DNA of 64,000 nucleotides, taken from a candidate division FCPU426 bacterium (lineage in GTDB: Bacteria > Oederibacteriota > Muellerivitia > Muellerivitales > Muellerivitaceae). Position 1 is the first letter of the stretch, and each line of letters opens with the position of its first letter. A program made the position numbers and the translations under genes. The notes under the pieces are model-generated. The model was given only the letters and a program-made list of their open reading frames with translations. It did not search any database and was not told the origin of the DNA. The stretch spans positions 1,216,001-1,280,000 of the forward strand of contig CAVRAL010000001.1 of assembly GCA_963719085.1 (NCBI GenBank), in the 5' to 3' direction. This document shows, one piece after another, positions 62,456 to 64,000 of the stretch.

Positions 62456-63502
62456 TTATTTCCCGACCACGAGGATATGAAAGGTCCCCGGGACAATTTT
62501 CCGATGGGGTTTTGGATCGTCCTTCGTTGGCGCGGGCGCTTCTTCGCGCTTCGCCGTCGAAAGAAAAACCCGGCCCGTTTTCGAGTCAAACCCCAGGGTT
62601 TTCGCGCCTTCTTCGGTCACCAGGCTTTGCGCCAAGGTGTAGTGATTGGGTGAATCCTCATGGATCACCGTCAAGGTGCCATCCCCGTTGGAGCTGAAAA
62701 TCGTCGATGAGGCCGGGTCGAAATAGGTGCCGTCCACATGGTCGCCAATGGGCAAAGTCTGAATCACCTTCCCGTTCGCGGCGTTCATCACGACCAGAAG
62801 CTTGTTGTGGCAGCCGCTGAAAAGCCGTTTGTTGGCCGTGTCCATCGAAAGTCCGGACGGGGAAACGCCCGGCGCCAAGGGCCAGCGGCGGAGGATCTTC
62901 ATGGTTTTGGAATCGATCTTAAGAATCTCATTTTCACTTTCCAGATTATCAAACAGATGGCCTTTGCCGTCGGAAACAGCCACTTCCGGCGAGCCGCCCA
63001 AGTCCAGGGTCTTCACCACCTTGTCGGTGACGGGGTCAATGACGGTTGCGTTTTTGCTGTCGCCGTCAAAGGTCCAAATTTTCGATGACGCCTTGTCATA
63101 AATAATGACGTCCGCGTCCGGGGAAACCGGTATTTCGGAAACGCGTTTCAAGGTTTTCAAGTCAAAGACCACCACGCTTCCCGGCTCGCCGCTGGTGGCA
63201 TAGCCTTTGCCCAGTTCGTCCAAAACCACCACGCCATGGGGATGGGGGACATTTTCAATGGTTCCCACCAGTTTCAAGCTGTCCGCGTCAAGCACTTGAA
63301 CGCTGTCGTTATGGGTGATAAAAACCCGCCGGCTATCGCCGTCCACCATTAAGAAATCGAACCCGCCGTCGCCGGGCAGGGAAACTTTTTGAAGGATCTT
63401 ATATCCGCCGTCCGCGGCGGCCTCTTGCGCGCGGGCCGCGCCCGACACGCCTGTCCCCGCCGTCAAAACCCCCAACAGCAAAAACAGCTTGAGCTTATTC
63501 AT
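62456..63502 (-). CDS. YncE/YVTN-type beta-propeller protein
   Basis: Signal peptide; repeats V.D..T.K.V..I; GG.D, P.GL.MD...RLF.GC.N, PGTF..LV. Confidence 0.85.
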   Translation of the reverse strand: MNKLKLFLLLGVLTAGTGVSGAARAQEAAADGGYKILQKVSLPGDGGFDFLMVDGDSRRVFITHNDSVQVLDADSLKLVGTIENVPHPHGVVVLDELGKGYATSGEPGSVVVFDLKTLKRVSEIPVSPDADVIIYDKASSKIWTFDGDSKNATVIDPVTDKVVKTLDLGGSPEVAVSDGKGHLFDNLESENEILKIDSKTMKILRRWPLAPGVSPSGLSMDTANKRLFSGCHNKLLVVMNAANGKVIQTLPIGDHVDGTYFDPASSTIFSSNGDGTLTVIHEDSPNHYTLAQSLVTEEGAKTLGFDSKTGRVFLSTAKREEAPAPTKDDPKPHRKIVPGTFHILVVGK

Positions 63503-63567
63503 TCCCGCCTCCGTTTGTAGTGATGAACCTTTTTTCAACCCATCGATTAGACGCCCCGGCCTGATTT

Positions 63568-64000
63568 TCAGGGCGCCGGGTTAAAATCAAAAGCGTTGTC
63601 CAAATTAACCGCCTGGCCGTCCTGGTCATTCAGGGGCGCCAGCCCGAACCGGTTCTCGATAAATTTCAGGATCGACGCCGTGGTATAGGTCGTGTGATCG
63701 ACGTAACCCTTTTTGGCGAAGGGCGAAATGATGATAAAAGGCACCCGGGTGCCCGGACCCCACCGGCCGCCCTTGAGGGGCGCCACATGGTCCCAACGGC
63801 CTCCGTTTTCGTCATAGGTGATCAGCACCGCGCAATCCTTGCCGTATTTGCTTTTCAATATCTTTTCCACCAATTCGGCCGAGTGACGCTGGCCCTGCAT
63901 CAAGGTCGAGTCATGGGGATGCTCATTGTTCGTGCCCATGAATTTCACGAAAGAAACCCGGGGCAATTCCCCTTGGCCGTCCAAGATGGACATCAGCTCC
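63568..64000 (-). CDS. Phosphoesterase (acid phosphatase/phospholipase C family), C-terminal part; 5' end outside window
   Basis: ITYDENGG.WDHV.P, GPGTRVP.IIISPFAKKGYVDHT.Y...SIL.FIE.RF.L. Confidence 0.9.
   Translation of the reverse strand, partial: ELMSILDGQGELPRVSFVKFMGTNNEHPHDSTLMQGQRHSAELVEKILKSKYGKDCAVLITYDENGGRWDHVAPLKGGRWGPGTRVPFIIISPFAKKGYVDHTTYTTASILKFIENRFGLAPLNDQDGQAVNLDNAFDFNPAP

Overview
Bacterial, apparently diderm, genomic DNA. The lineage cannot be fixed from the sequence; the Thr/Pro-linker proteins with FlgD-Ig/T9SS-like tails and a PorV-like barrel are only suggestive of a poorly characterised candidate phylum. The window holds housekeeping genes (serA with a class V aminotransferase, tRNA-Leu-tig-clpP-clpX, glpD, trxB, hisN, msrA, an ABC-F ATPase), c-di-GMP proteins (PilZ and a divergent intact/degenerate EAL pair, each with a sigma54 promoter), an ABC-2 exporter, an orphan FlgE-like gene and an ArsR/SRPBCC operon. 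Best candidate for an undescribed system: (1) six secreted proteins (unknown domain, expansin, S8 protease, GH30, GH62, PA14-CBM9) that end in related Ig-like C-terminal domains resembling T9SS sorting signals, and (2) a co-oriented locus at 50.4-60.9 kb encoding ECF sigma, an anti-sigma whose outer domain is itself such an Ig domain, a PA14/CBM9 protein, a PorV-like barrel-TPR fusion, GH62 and GH30. This looks like a SusCD-independent xylan sensing/secretion module. Non-coding highlights: periodic palindromic REP-like elements, two carrying a 79-bp two-hairpin insert at the same register while a third is empty; a 101-bp tandem duplication of a BON gene 3' end bounded by GCCCAAC/GTTGGGC; twin Rex/CRP-type boxes at the serine operon promoter; several apparently leaderless genes. 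No CRISPR array, rRNA, integrase, transposase or reverse transcriptase was seen. Family calls come from motif recognition by eye, not database searches.
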